From assembly GCA_951804945.1 (NCBI GenBank), contig OX638165.1, positions 15,438,001-15,502,000 on the forward strand: a DNA stretch of 64,000 bases, written 5' to 3'. Below, in pieces: positions 1 to 9,176 of the stretch. The notes beneath the pieces are model-generated. The model was not told where the DNA came from. It saw only the letters and a list, made by a program, of their open reading frames with translations, and did not search any database. The position numbers and the translations under genes are program-made. Within the stretch, counting starts at the first letter, position 1, and the number at the start of each line of letters is the position of its first letter. The stretch comes from Podarcis cretensis (lineage: Eukaryota).

Positions 1-145
1 ATGGCCAGGGACAATGGGAGTGCAGTAGCTTCTGGAGGGCCCCAGGAACCCCCACCCTGCTTCTAGAGCCTTAATCATAAGCCACCGTAAAATAAGACTT
101 TTAAGGCCTTCTCTGACCTCTCCTCCTTATTCCCTCCCCATCCAG

Positions 146-209
146 TTTGGTGTGCACAGCCTTGCGGGGAAAGATTTCTGTGTACAACGAGGTGGAAGCT
201 AATTTCAAG
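146..209 (+). CDS. FIBP: FIBP (acidic FGF intracellular-binding protein), internal exon
   Basis: AG/GT-bounded exon encoding (S)[21 protein letters not shown], matching the remembered human FIBP segment [22 protein letters not shown]. Confidence 0.9.
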
Positions 210-472
210 GTATGGCATGGAGGGACCCTCACTGGGATACATTCTTTAGTTTCAGGACCCTCTTTCCAGCAGCTCCTCCCTCCCTCCAAGTGGCTGATAC
301 GAACTTTGCGCTTGATATTTGTTGGTGCACTTGGCCTGCTACTTCACTCCTGGCCATCAGAGGGGGCTGTTGTCCTTTGGAAAATCTCAATCCCGTAGAC
401 ACAAACTGGGGTGGGGTGGTTTGGCAGCAGCATAAGAAGGCTCTCTTGTGACCCTTCTGTTAACCCTTGCAG

Positions 473-559
473 AACCTCTCCCGAGCCCTGATCAACATTG
501 CCTCAAAGCTCACCCACAGCAAAGATGTCCGTGACTTTTTTGTGGATCTGGTGGAGAAG
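473..559 (+). CDS. FIBP: FIBP internal exon
   Basis: cag|AAC...AAG|gtaag; encodes [29 protein letters not shown], in phase with both neighbouring exons. Confidence 0.93.
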
Positions 560-966
560 GTAAGCCGTCTCCCCTCCCCTCCCCTCCCCATCTGAGCACC
601 CCCTCCCACCAGTGGATCGTGCCTGAATCACTGGGGATGGAGGCTGGTATGTCAAAATAAAAAATCAAAAATCACCAATGAATTAAATGGTGATTAAATG
701 TGTTTAGAGCCTAAGCATGCCTGCCACTTTTCAGAGTATAAGAAGGCAGGTCCCTGTCCCAAGGAGCTAGCAATTAGAAAAAAAATCATATAGGGATAAA
801 AAAACAGAGGTGTGTGGGACAGGGGGCATGGCTGGGGAGGGGATGTGGGGAGGGTCCTGAGGGTCATGCAGAGAGACTTGGAGGCCCTCATTCGTTCCTC
901 AGGCCTGAGGTCCTGTGAGATGTGCTGCCGCACTCTTGCCTTGACGCTTGTCATCTCCCATTGCAG

Positions 967-1064
967 TTTGTTGAGCCTTTTCGGTCGGACAAATGGAGCC
1001 CAAACGACGTGCGTCTCTTTCTGACACAGTACACGGCTTGTGCTCACACGCTGGATGCTTTCAG
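967..1064 (+). CDS. FIBP: FIBP penultimate exon
   Basis: Encodes [32 protein letters not shown](R); phase-2 donor at 1065. Confidence 0.93.
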
Positions 1065-1307
1065 GTTTGTAGGAATGCCAGTGCCCAACCAGCTCCCATC
1101 ACCTGGATTCTCCTCTGTTCCCTCCCTCCCCACTTTTGCCAATGAATTGTTTACTTGCACTAGTAAAGCCTTATATAATTGTCCTTTTCTTTGCCTTTAT
1201 ACTTGCCCTTCTTCCTGCAAAACAGCCCCCCTCCGTATTATTTTTTTTTTAAGGGGGAAAGATCCCACTCTCAGTCTTCCAGCAAAAACATTTTCTCCCT
1301 TTCTCAA

Positions 1308-2582
1308 TGTTACGGAAAAATTCCGGGTGCTGAGTTTCCTTGCCACCCGGCTCGTCGGACAATGTCCGCGGGTCCTAGCGGAAAATGAGTTCAGCCGGAG
1401 ACAGGAGCAATGAACGGAGATCCCAAGTTTATTGCGCAACAGGTTCAATAAATGGCATTGAACCCCGAGAGTGGGGCGACATAAACTTTTAAAGGTTCCC
1501 TCCAGGTCCCAGAATACAGTGCAGAAAACGTCACATATACATCATAAAGAGGTGGGGTTACACGGATCAGCAGTACAAGAAATTGGGTGGTGGTTTACAC
1601 AAATCAAGGTGGGGGCTACAGAGATCAGCAGTATAATAAGGTAGGCAGAACAGAGATCAGCAGTATAATAAGGTAGGCAGAGCAGAGATCAGCAGTATAA
1701 TAAGGTAGGCAGAACAGAGATCAGCAGTATAATAAGGTAGGCAGAGCAGAGATCAGCAGTATAATAAGGTAGGCAGAGCAGAGATCAGCAGTATAATAAG
1801 GTAGGCAGAGCAGAGATTGCCCGGAGTGGTAGAGATATGCATAAACGTTTCCTGAGTACAGGTGATGGCAAGACAATGGCAGAGCCATGCATCGCCCATT
1901 ATCCGGTATTGTCCGGAGGAAGGGCTTGGCTGGACCATCCGACAGGATTAAGGTTTCCCTGAGTACGTGACCTGTCGGTTCGAGGATTATGGCGTCGAGG
2001 GTAGCATCATGGAGTCCGGAGGGAATCGAGTAGAATAACATTAAAATGGAGAAGATCGAAGCTTTGGCTGATTTTATATTATTTTCCGAAGTTTTCGGCT
2101 TCTTGCCGGTCAAGTGTATATTGTAAATTGAGAGCGGAAACAAATGGATACAATGTAACAGGAGTTTGACAGTTTTACGAGGTCGCTAGTTTCGGATCCA
2201 TTGTTGTAGCAGTGGGGGGCCGTCAACACCTTGTCAGGAGGTTAAATGAGGCGTGCAAGAGCTCCCTGAGCTAGCTCCTGCAGGGGAATGCACGTTCCTG
2301 ATTGGCTAAAACGCGGCCATTATGGTCAATGGGGAAACAGTATGATACGGTCTACTCATTAGAAATAGGGGAAACAAGGCTCAAGCGGAGGCTGTATATA
2401 GAAGGAAAGATATAAGGAAAAGATATTGTCTATAAAGTGGGGGGTATAGTGTGGTGCTTGTGCAACAGTGTGGGGGTTCAGGAGTCACGGCAGAGCTGGG
2501 TGCCACCGAGGTCATCGCCTCGGGCCCCGTAGTCACACGGAGGAGGGGTGAGGAAAGGTCCCCCCCCCCTCCTTCCGTATCA
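1308..2582 (-). repeat. ERV 3' LTR (1275 bp)
   Basis: Termini TGATACGG...CCGTAACA on the - strand; by eye identical to the 5' LTR except one C-run (10 vs 12); AATAAA at 1428-1433 (-); TTTAAAA TATA-like box ~1487-1493; preceded by PPT-like GAATGGGGGAC (2583-2593). Confidence 0.96.
1619..1817. repeat. 6 x 32-bp tandem repeat in U3 (copy in 5' LTR at 12460-12658)
   Basis: Unit CAGAGATCAGCAGTATAATAAGGTAGGCAGA(A/G) starting at 1619, 1651, 1683, 1715, 1747 and 1779. Confidence 0.95.
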
Positions 2583-2648
2583 GTCCCCCATTCGGAGATA
2601 GATTTGCATTAAAGTTCTGTAAGAACTTGCAAATCCTTTCTCCGCACC

Positions 2649-4700
2649 CTATACCCCCGTGATTTCGTACTCCCCTTCCCCTAGGTGTCTCATTTGTACA
2701 TATTCAGGGAATATAGAGGCACTGTGGGAGCGGGAATAAGCTCGGATAGGAAGAGGGGTGGATTGAGTAGGACAGCGGAGGAGAGAGCAACAAGGAGAGA
2801 CACAGTGTATAGTACAGCAGAGCATTGAGGCACAAAGGATAATAATAAGGGCAGTGAGCAGTATCACCTTGAGTAACTGTCGGAGCCATCCGAGCTTAGG
2901 CAACCATCCCCACAAGTCTATGTCGGATAGACCCTCATGTCGTATCTCATTTAGTTTTCCTGCCAGCTCGTGGATATTGTTCAAATGTCCGGTAATATTC
3001 AAAGTCTGATCAGTCACATATGTACAACACTCAGTGCCTATTAGGGCACAGGTCCCTCCTTGACTGGACAGGAGAAAGTCCGTCGCAATCCTGGTCTGCA
3101 AACTAAGTTGTCTCACCTCTGACAGCTCCGACATCAGAGAGTCGGTGATTTGGGTTGCCTCTTGCATGAATTTCAGAAGGATGTCGGTAAGCCGGAGGAT
3201 GTCCACATGATTAGAGCCGGCCCCATAGGCAGGGAAGAGTGCCCGACCGACAGTCTCTCCGTTGGCGGCGACATCGGATAAGTCCGACAGTCCTTTTTGT
3301 TCTCTTTTATTTCTCTGCCTCCCAGGGGGTAGGTGTGGGACTACTCTAATGCCGGGGACAATGTATCCTACGAAGCAAGATCCTGACATATGAGGGCTTA
3401 CCCAGGTATATGCGCGATGGCCACATACCCAAAACAGGCCGCTGAGGTAAGACTCCATCCTCCCGGAGGCAAAAGCTTGGAGCAACATGGAGTCGGTGGG
3501 CTGAGGTAGCCAAGTAGGTGGGTGTCCGATGACAGTGGCCCAAGCAAGGGTGAGATTTTGGAAGGTGTGGGACCCAGTCACATCGGTAAGAGTGACGTGA
3601 CCAGTGGGCAAAAGTTCCAAGTTGGAGGGGCAGGTACTGGACCCAATGAAAGTTCCCTCTCCTGTGAAAATGCGGCAAAGGGGCCCTTTTGTAGAGCCAG
3701 TGAGGTAGAGGTATTGGTGGGTCAAATTCAAGGCCGTTAAATTCCAAGAGGTGACATCTCCGGATCGGAACTGTTCAGTGGTCACGGGTACAGGAACAAG
3801 GGGGAGACTTTGTTGGAGGTGGCTGGGTGCATGTGCGCATATCCAGCATTCAGGATAGGGTGCCTCTTTAGCCACCTGGCCCAAGAGTTTGATGTAAGAG
3901 TTCTGTTCCCAAGAGGAGAGGAGGTCTTTTCCTGGGAGAGAGGGATCGTTGCCGAGCTGACGGGGTGCCGTGCCGAGTGGATGAAGAGGGTCCGTGGTAT
4001 TAAGGAGTCGCCTATCCTTGGCTACGCCCCCGCATCTCAAAGGTCCAACGTGATCCCAAGTGGGAGAGCGTGAGGGATGTACCGGATGATACCATCCTTC
4101 TAAATATTCTGCCCCTCTCCAGTCGTGGACGACTCCAAGATTCCAGAGGCAACAGAACCCTCTCAAGCAAAGTCCTTGTAGTTGGGGTTTCTGGGGTTCT
4201 GGAGTCATGGAGACACATTGGAACCCGAAAATTAGGTTGTCAGAGGGGTCTGTTGTGTCGGTGTAGGACGATGTGGCCCCCCTTTTTGTGACTTCAGTCC
4301 AATTTGGGTTCCTTGAGACTTCTCCGTTGCTATAAAGAAAATGGGTCCCGTTCTTACAACTAAGGCGGTAGTAGGAGCGGTCAAGGGTGACTGTTGCCGA
4401 CCCAATCCGGTGTAGGCGTCCATCTCTGATGAAAAGTTCCCAGTACTCGTTGCCAGTTAATCGGGGCACAAGGGAATGGCGTAGCAATGTCCGAGACTCA
4501 GGGAGGCAGAAATCAAAGTCCCCCATTCGGTCCGGGTTTGACTTCCCGCCGGTTTCGACTCGATGGTAGCCTAAAAGGTGGTAATCCGTAGTTAATCCGG
4601 TGCAATGGTCCGTTGGTGTGACTGAGGATTGAGTCAAAGTCCCGTAATCAAGGAAGAGGAAGAAGAAATACATGATCGGAGTCTGGGGACAGCAAGGCAT
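2649..4700 (-). CDS. env: env (gamma-type), intact, ~683 aa from the first ATG
   Basis: Hydrophobic N-terminus, CWIC, furin site RNKR, heptad/ISD-like LQTRIATDFLL, CALIGTECC (CX6CC), TM helix, cytoplasmic tail. Confidence 0.95.
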   Translation of the reverse strand: MPCCPQTPIMYFFFLFLDYGTLTQSSVTPTDHCTGLTTDYHLLGYHRVETGGKSNPDRMGDFDFCLPESRTLLRHSLVPRLTGNEYWELFIRDGRLHRIGSATVTLDRSYYRLSCKNGTHFLYSNGEVSRNPNWTEVTKRGATSSYTDTTDPSDNLIFGFQCVSMTPEPQKPQLQGLCLRGFCCLWNLGVVHDWRGAEYLEGWYHPVHPSRSPTWDHVGPLRCGGVAKDRRLLNTTDPLHPLGTAPRQLGNDPSLPGKDLLSSWEQNSYIKLLGQVAKEAPYPECWICAHAPSHLQQSLPLVPVPVTTEQFRSGDVTSWNLTALNLTHQYLYLTGSTKGPLCRIFTGEGTFIGSSTCPSNLELLPTGHVTLTDVTGSHTFQNLTLAWATVIGHPPTWLPQPTDSMLLQAFASGRMESYLSGLFWVCGHRAYTWVSPHMSGSCFVGYIVPGIRVVPHLPPGRQRNKREQKGLSDLSDVAANGETVGRALFPAYGAGSNHVDILRLTDILLKFMQEATQITDSLMSELSEVRQLSLQTRIATDFLLSSQGGTCALIGTECCTYVTDQTLNITGHLNNIHELAGKLNEIRHEGLSDIDLWGWLPKLGWLRQLLKVILLTALIIILCASMLCCTIHCVSPCCSLLRCPTQSTPLPIRAYSRSHSASIFPEYVQMRHLGEGEYEITGV

Positions 4701-4781
4701 GATCGAGGAGAAGAAATTATAAAGTGTGCTAATCACGGAGTCGTCAGGGCGTGTCGTCAAAGAAGCTGTTATCGAAGGTAC

Positions 4782-5316
4782 GCTGTCAAAGACGCTGTCA
4801 AAGCGAGCTGTCAAGCGCGCTGTCAGAGGTGTACTGTCAAAGGCGCTCTGTCAGAGGAGCCGTCAAAGCTAGCTGTCAAGGCGCGCTGTCAAAGGCGCGC
4901 TGTCAAAGGCGTGCTGTCAAAGGAGCTGTCAAAGGCGGTGTCCAAGCAGCTGTCAGAGGAGCTGTCAAAAGAGCTGTCAAAGGCGCGCTGTCAAAGGCGC
5001 GCTGTCAAAGGAGCTGTCAAAGGCGCGCTGTCGAAGGCGTGCTGTCAGAGGCGTGCTGTCAGAGGAGCTGTCAAAGCTAGCTGTCAAAGGCGCGCTGTCA
5101 AAGGCGCGCTGTCAAAGGAGCTGTCAAAGGCGCGCTGTCAGAGGAGCTGTCAAAGCTAGCTGTCAAAGGCGCGCTGTCAAAGGCGCGCTGTCAAAGGAGC
5201 TGCCAAAGGCGCTGTCCAAGCAGCTGTCAGAGGAGCTGTCAATAGAGCTGTCAAAGGCGCGCTGTCAAAGGCGCGCTGTCAAAGGAGCTGTCAAAGGCGC
5301 GCTGTCAAAGGCGCGC
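4782..5316. repeat. Array of ~41 degenerate 12-14 bp units (GCTGTCAAAGG(CGC/A)) between pol and env
   Basis: About 41 GCTGTC-type cores counted by eye; reads (CCTTTGACAGC)n on the viral sense strand. Confidence 0.95.
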
Positions 5317-8300
5317 TTTAAGCGTAGTTTGATGGCCGTGGGATCTGGGATGATCTCAGACGTCCAGATGGGTGGATCTGTGCTCGATCCGGTCTGTTGG
5401 GCCCGATTCTGGCCCCGGTCTGCTGGTCCGGTCTGTTGGGCCCGATTCTGGCCCCGATCTGCTGGTCCGGTCTGTTGGGCCCGATTCTGGCCCCGATCTG
5501 CTGGTCCGGTCTGTTGGGCCCGATTCTGGCCCCGATCTGCTGGTCCGGTCTGTTGGTCGTCGTTGTCGTCGATATATGAGGTTGGTGGAGTAGGAGGGGT
5601 CGAAAAAGTGAAGTCCTCGCCGAGGTCTCCCTCCGTCTCTTGAGGGGGGGGCGTCGACTTACACCTGGTATGGTGTAACCATGAGTGCTTCTCACCTATT
5701 TTCACGGCGGTTGGCGATGTGAGGAGAATTTGGTAGGGACCTTCCCACGCTGGCTGAAGGAGTGCCCTCTGATAGACTTTGACAAGGATCCAATCGCCTG
5801 GTTTGAAGGAGTGTGCCTGGACGTCGGTGGGTAGATTTTGTCCTTCGATGGCCGCGTAGTGGTGGAGACGTTGAAGCTGTGTCTGGAGCTGAATGACATA
5901 ATTAGTGAGTTCTGCTTCCCCCAGTTCAAGTTCTGAGAGGGGAAACAGAGTGTTGTAAATGGGAGGGGGTCTCCCAAATAGGAGTTCGTATGGGGATAGT
6001 TTCAATGGTCCAGTTGGGGCACTTCGTATGTTATGGAGAACTAGTGGAAGGGCATTTACCCATTTTAGTCCAGTGAGTTTGCAGAGCTTTCCTAGTTGTG
6101 TTTTGATTTCTTGGTTCATGCGCTCTACTTGGCCGGAAGATTGTGGGTGATAGGGCGTATGAAGGTCCCATTTTATTTGTAAGGCCTTGGCCACTAATTG
6201 TACTATTTGAGCGGTGAAATGAGTTCCTCTGTCACTGTCTAGTCGACGGGGAACCCCAAATCGGGGAATAATGTCGTGTAGGAGGGCTCTGGCCACTACA
6301 GAGGCGGTAGGTTTTCTACAGGGGAATCCCTCTACCCAGGAGGAGAGTTTATCCACTATGATCAGAGCGTGTTTGAAACCCTGACAGTGCGGTAAGTCAA
6401 TAAAATCCAGCTGTAGACTTTCAAAGGGAACGAATGCCCACAGTCTGGCTCCTGGTGGTGCTCTAGGTTGTCGTTTGGGATTAAAGGAGCTACAGGTAAC
6501 ACAGTTCTTTGACGCTGCTGTGGCCGCTACCGCAAGTCCAGGAGCGTACCAGGATCTTTTAACGTGCTCTATCAGTCTCCCTTTTCCCCAGTGTGTACGT
6601 TGATGGAGGACCCTCACCAATTTTGGAACCCAAGCTTTTGGAAGGACAGTCCTTCCGTCGGGGAGAGTCCAAACGTCATTTTGTTCGATCGCACCCACAG
6701 AACGCCAGAGAGTCTTTTCCTCCTCGGGGGCTTCTTTGTAAATTTGTGTGGGATCAATATGAAGTGGGATTTGTAAGGCTTGAAATTCCGATTCATTGTT
6801 TGGGAGGCGGAGCGCGGCTGATTGGGCTGCCTTATCAGCTCGCCTGTTACCCCTTGAGACGGGGTCTCTACCCCGGGTATGCGCTTTGCAATGGACTACT
6901 GCGATTGCGGTAGGTAGATGGATAGCGGTCAGTAGTCTCTCTACTAAAGCGGAATGTGAAATTTTGGAGCCTGCAGCGGTTAAGAAGCCTCTTTGTAACC
7001 AGATCTGGCCAGTTGTATGGACTAATCCGAAACAGTACTTACTGTCCGTGTAGATTGTAGTTCGCTTGCCTTCACTGATCTCGCAGGCCCGTATGAGCGC
7101 TATTAGTTCTGCAGCTTGGGCGCTATATTGTGGGTTTATCGGATTTGATTCTATTACTTCGAAGTCGGTGACTACAGCATATCCTGTTTTCCTTTCCCCG
7201 TCCACAACCTTTGAACTGCCGTCTGTATAAAGTATTAAATCTGGGTTTTCTAATGGTAGGTGGTCTAGGTCTTCTCTGGGTTTCTCGGCTTGACGGACTA
7301 TGGTGGCGCAGTCATGGTGTGGGGTTCCATCATCAGGGAGAGGGAGGAGGGTGGCTGGGTTGAGGGAGTTAACCCTCTTTATAGTGACATTTGATGGGGT
7401 CAATAGAAGGGCCTCATACTTGTTTAATCGAGAGTTTGAAAAGTGATGGCTGCCTCTGAGGGTTAATAGGGTGGAGACGGAATGGGGCACATGGATGATG
7501 ATTTCATGTCCCAGAACCGTTTCCTGAGCCTTTTCGAGGAGGACCGCTGCGGCAGCTATGGCTCTTAGGCAGCTTACTGCGCCTTTCGCGGTGGTGTCTA
7601 ATTGAAGACTGTAATATGCTATAGGTCTCTCTTGGTCTCGGAAAGACTGTGTCAATACCCCAGAAGCTACTCCCATTTGCTCATGGATAAACAAGTTAAA
7701 TGGGATCCTGTAGTCGGGTAAGCCTAGCGCAGGGGCAGATCTTAGTTCTCGCTTTAAACGTTCAAAAGATTTGTATGCGTCTTCCTCCCAAACTAGGGTG
7801 TCTGGATGATCTTGGCGGGTCATAGCGGAGAGGGGTTTTGTTATTTCGCTGTATCCCGCGATCCAGGCTCTGCAGAAGCCAGCCATACCTAAAAATCCCC
7901 GAAGTTGTCGTTTAGTTTTTGGAAGGGGAATCTTAGTGACTGCTTCTATTCTATCGGTCGCTAAGCTTCGGGTGCCTACTCCTAGGATATGCCCGAGGTA
8001 CTTTACTTCTTGCTTGCAGTATTGCAACTTTTTTGGTGACACCTTATGTCCTTTTCTGGCTAGTTCTGCAAGGAGATGTTTGGTGTCTATCTTACATGCT
8101 TCCTCATTGGTGGAACAGAGAAGGAGGTCATCCACGTAAAGCAAGAGGGTGGAGTTTGCAGGGAGCTGGACATCCTGTAAATCTTGGTGCAAGATGGCCG
8201 AAAATATTGCAGGTGATTCCACGTATCCCTGGGGTAACCTCGTCCAGGTTAATTGACTGGGTCCCCAGGTAAAGGCGAAAAGAAATTGGCTGGCTGGGTC

Positions 8301-9176
8301 CAGGGGGATACTAAAGAAGGCGGAGCACAAGTCTGCGGCAGTGTACCATTTGGTTTCTGCTGGAATGGCGTTCAAGAGGGAATTGGGATTGCCGACTACT
8401 GGATGGCGGGGTATTACAAATTGATTCACCAGTCTCAGATCCTGGACAAAACGGTACCGGACTGGGGCCCCTTCTGTCGATGGTTTCTTTACTGGAAGTA
8501 CTGGGGTATTGCAAGGGGATGCGCAAGGGACTAGGATGCCCTTCTCGAGGAAGTCCTCTATCATAGGAGTTAGTCCCTCTATGGCTTCTTTAGGTAGGGG
8601 ATATTGCTTTGTGCACGGAAAGGGTAGGTCTGTTCTATAGACGATTTTGACTGGAGCTGCCGACAACAAAAGACCTACTGAAGTTGACTCAGTGCCCCAT
8701 AGAGAAGAGGGCAATTCATTTTCCAGTTCTGGAGGGAGTTCCGGGAACTGCCTGTCTGTTTTGGCCTCTTCAATTATTCCCTGGAAGGCGGGGATGGATT
8801 CCTCTGGCATATGTAAGTAGATGCCTTCCTCAGAACATTTAATGGTGGCATTTAATTTGCAAAGTAGGTCCCTTCCTAAGAGGTTCACCGGGCTGTTGGT
8901 TAAGAGGAAGGTATGTTCCGCTAGTAGGGGTCCGAGGGTAACTTTAGTCGGACGCGATAGCGGGCAAGTGCGGGGTATCCCATCCAGACCCATGACTTTT
9001 CTGGTCTCCGGACTTGGTTCCAGGTGGCTATCCGTTAAGGTGGAGTAAGTGGCTCCTGTGTCCAATAAACATTGATATGGATGGCCATCTATCTCAATGG
9101 TACAGAATGGTTCTTCGGAGGATAACGTTAAGATTGGGCAGATAGTTTGGGTTTGGTTGGGATCCCCTTCTAATTG
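5265..9176 (-). CDS. pol: pro-pol (protease, RT, RNase H, integrase), in frame with gag after a single TGA
   Basis: LLDTGA protease site, LPQG and YVDD RT motifs, YTDGS RNase H, HHCC and D-D-E integrase motifs, WEGPY; no internal stops. Confidence 0.96.
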   Translation of the reverse strand, partial: QLEGDPNQTQTICPILTLSSEEPFCTIEIDGHPYQCLLDTGATYSTLTDSHLEPSPETRKVMGLDGIPRTCPLSRPTKVTLGPLLAEHTFLLTNSPVNLLGRDLLCKLNATIKCSEEGIYLHMPEESIPAFQGIIEEAKTDRQFPELPPELENELPSSLWGTESTSVGLLLSAAPVKIVYRTDLPFPCTKQYPLPKEAIEGLTPMIEDFLEKGILVPCASPCNTPVLPVKKPSTEGAPVRYRFVQDLRLVNQFVIPRHPVVGNPNSLLNAIPAETKWYTAADLCSAFFSIPLDPASQFLFAFTWGPSQLTWTRLPQGYVESPAIFSAILHQDLQDVQLPANSTLLLYVDDLLLCSTNEEACKIDTKHLLAELARKGHKVSPKKLQYCKQEVKYLGHILGVGTRSLATDRIEAVTKIPLPKTKRQLRGFLGMAGFCRAWIAGYSEITKPLSAMTRQDHPDTLVWEEDAYKSFERLKRELRSAPALGLPDYRIPFNLFIHEQMGVASGVLTQSFRDQERPIAYYSLQLDTTAKGAVSCLRAIAAAAVLLEKAQETVLGHEIIIHVPHSVSTLLTLRGSHHFSNSRLNKYEALLLTPSNVTIKRVNSLNPATLLPLPDDGTPHHDCATIVRQAEKPREDLDHLPLENPDLILYTDGSSKVVDGERKTGYAVVTDFEVIESNPINPQYSAQAAELIALIRACEISEGKRTTIYTDSKYCFGLVHTTGQIWLQRGFLTAAGSKISHSALVERLLTAIHLPTAIAVVHCKAHTRGRDPVSRGNRRADKAAQSAALRLPNNESEFQALQIPLHIDPTQIYKEAPEEEKTLWRSVGAIEQNDVWTLPDGRTVLPKAWVPKLVRVLHQRTHWGKGRLIEHVKRSWYAPGLAVAATAASKNCVTCSSFNPKRQPRAPPGARLWAFVPFESLQLDFIDLPHCQGFKHALIIVDKLSSWVEGFPCRKPTASVVARALLHDIIPRFGVPRRLDSDRGTHFTAQIVQLVAKALQIKWDLHTPYHPQSSGQVERMNQEIKTQLGKLCKLTGLKWVNALPLVLHNIRSAPTGPLKLSPYELLFGRPPPIYNTLFPLSELELGEAELTNYVIQLQTQLQRLHHYAAIEGQNLPTDVQAHSFKPGDWILVKVYQRALLQPAWEGPYQILLTSPTAVKIGEKHSWLHHTRCKSTPPPQETEGDLGEDFTFSTPPTPPTSYIDDNDDQQTGPADRGQNRAQQTGPADRGQNRAQQTGPADRGQNRAQQTGPADRGQNRAQQTGSSTDPPIWTSEIIPDPTAIKLRLKRAFDSAPLTAPLTARL
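5389..5556. repeat. 4.3 x 39-bp tandem repeat in the integrase C-terminal tail (QQTGPADRGQNRA)
   Basis: Units start at 5389, 5428, 5467, 5506 and 5545; in frame with pol. Confidence 0.95.

Noticed and set aside
4701-4814. N-terminal 38 aa of the 721-aa env ORF call
   Set aside because: Starts at TTG inside the array; the first ATG is at 4700
1619-5556. Tandem arrays as CRISPR-like
   Set aside because: Eukaryotic DNA; head-to-tail repeats without unique spacers
4629-5643. Long + strand ORFs (176, 109, 196 aa) antisense to the pol/env junction
   Set aside because: They arise because the GCTGTCAAAGG and 39-bp units lack stops on this strand; low complexity, mostly non-ATG starts
5318-5695. 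125-aa overlapping ORF with RRPPLKRRR (Rev/Rem-like?)
   Set aside because: GTG start, mostly an alternative frame of the 39-bp repeat, no leucine-rich NES seen
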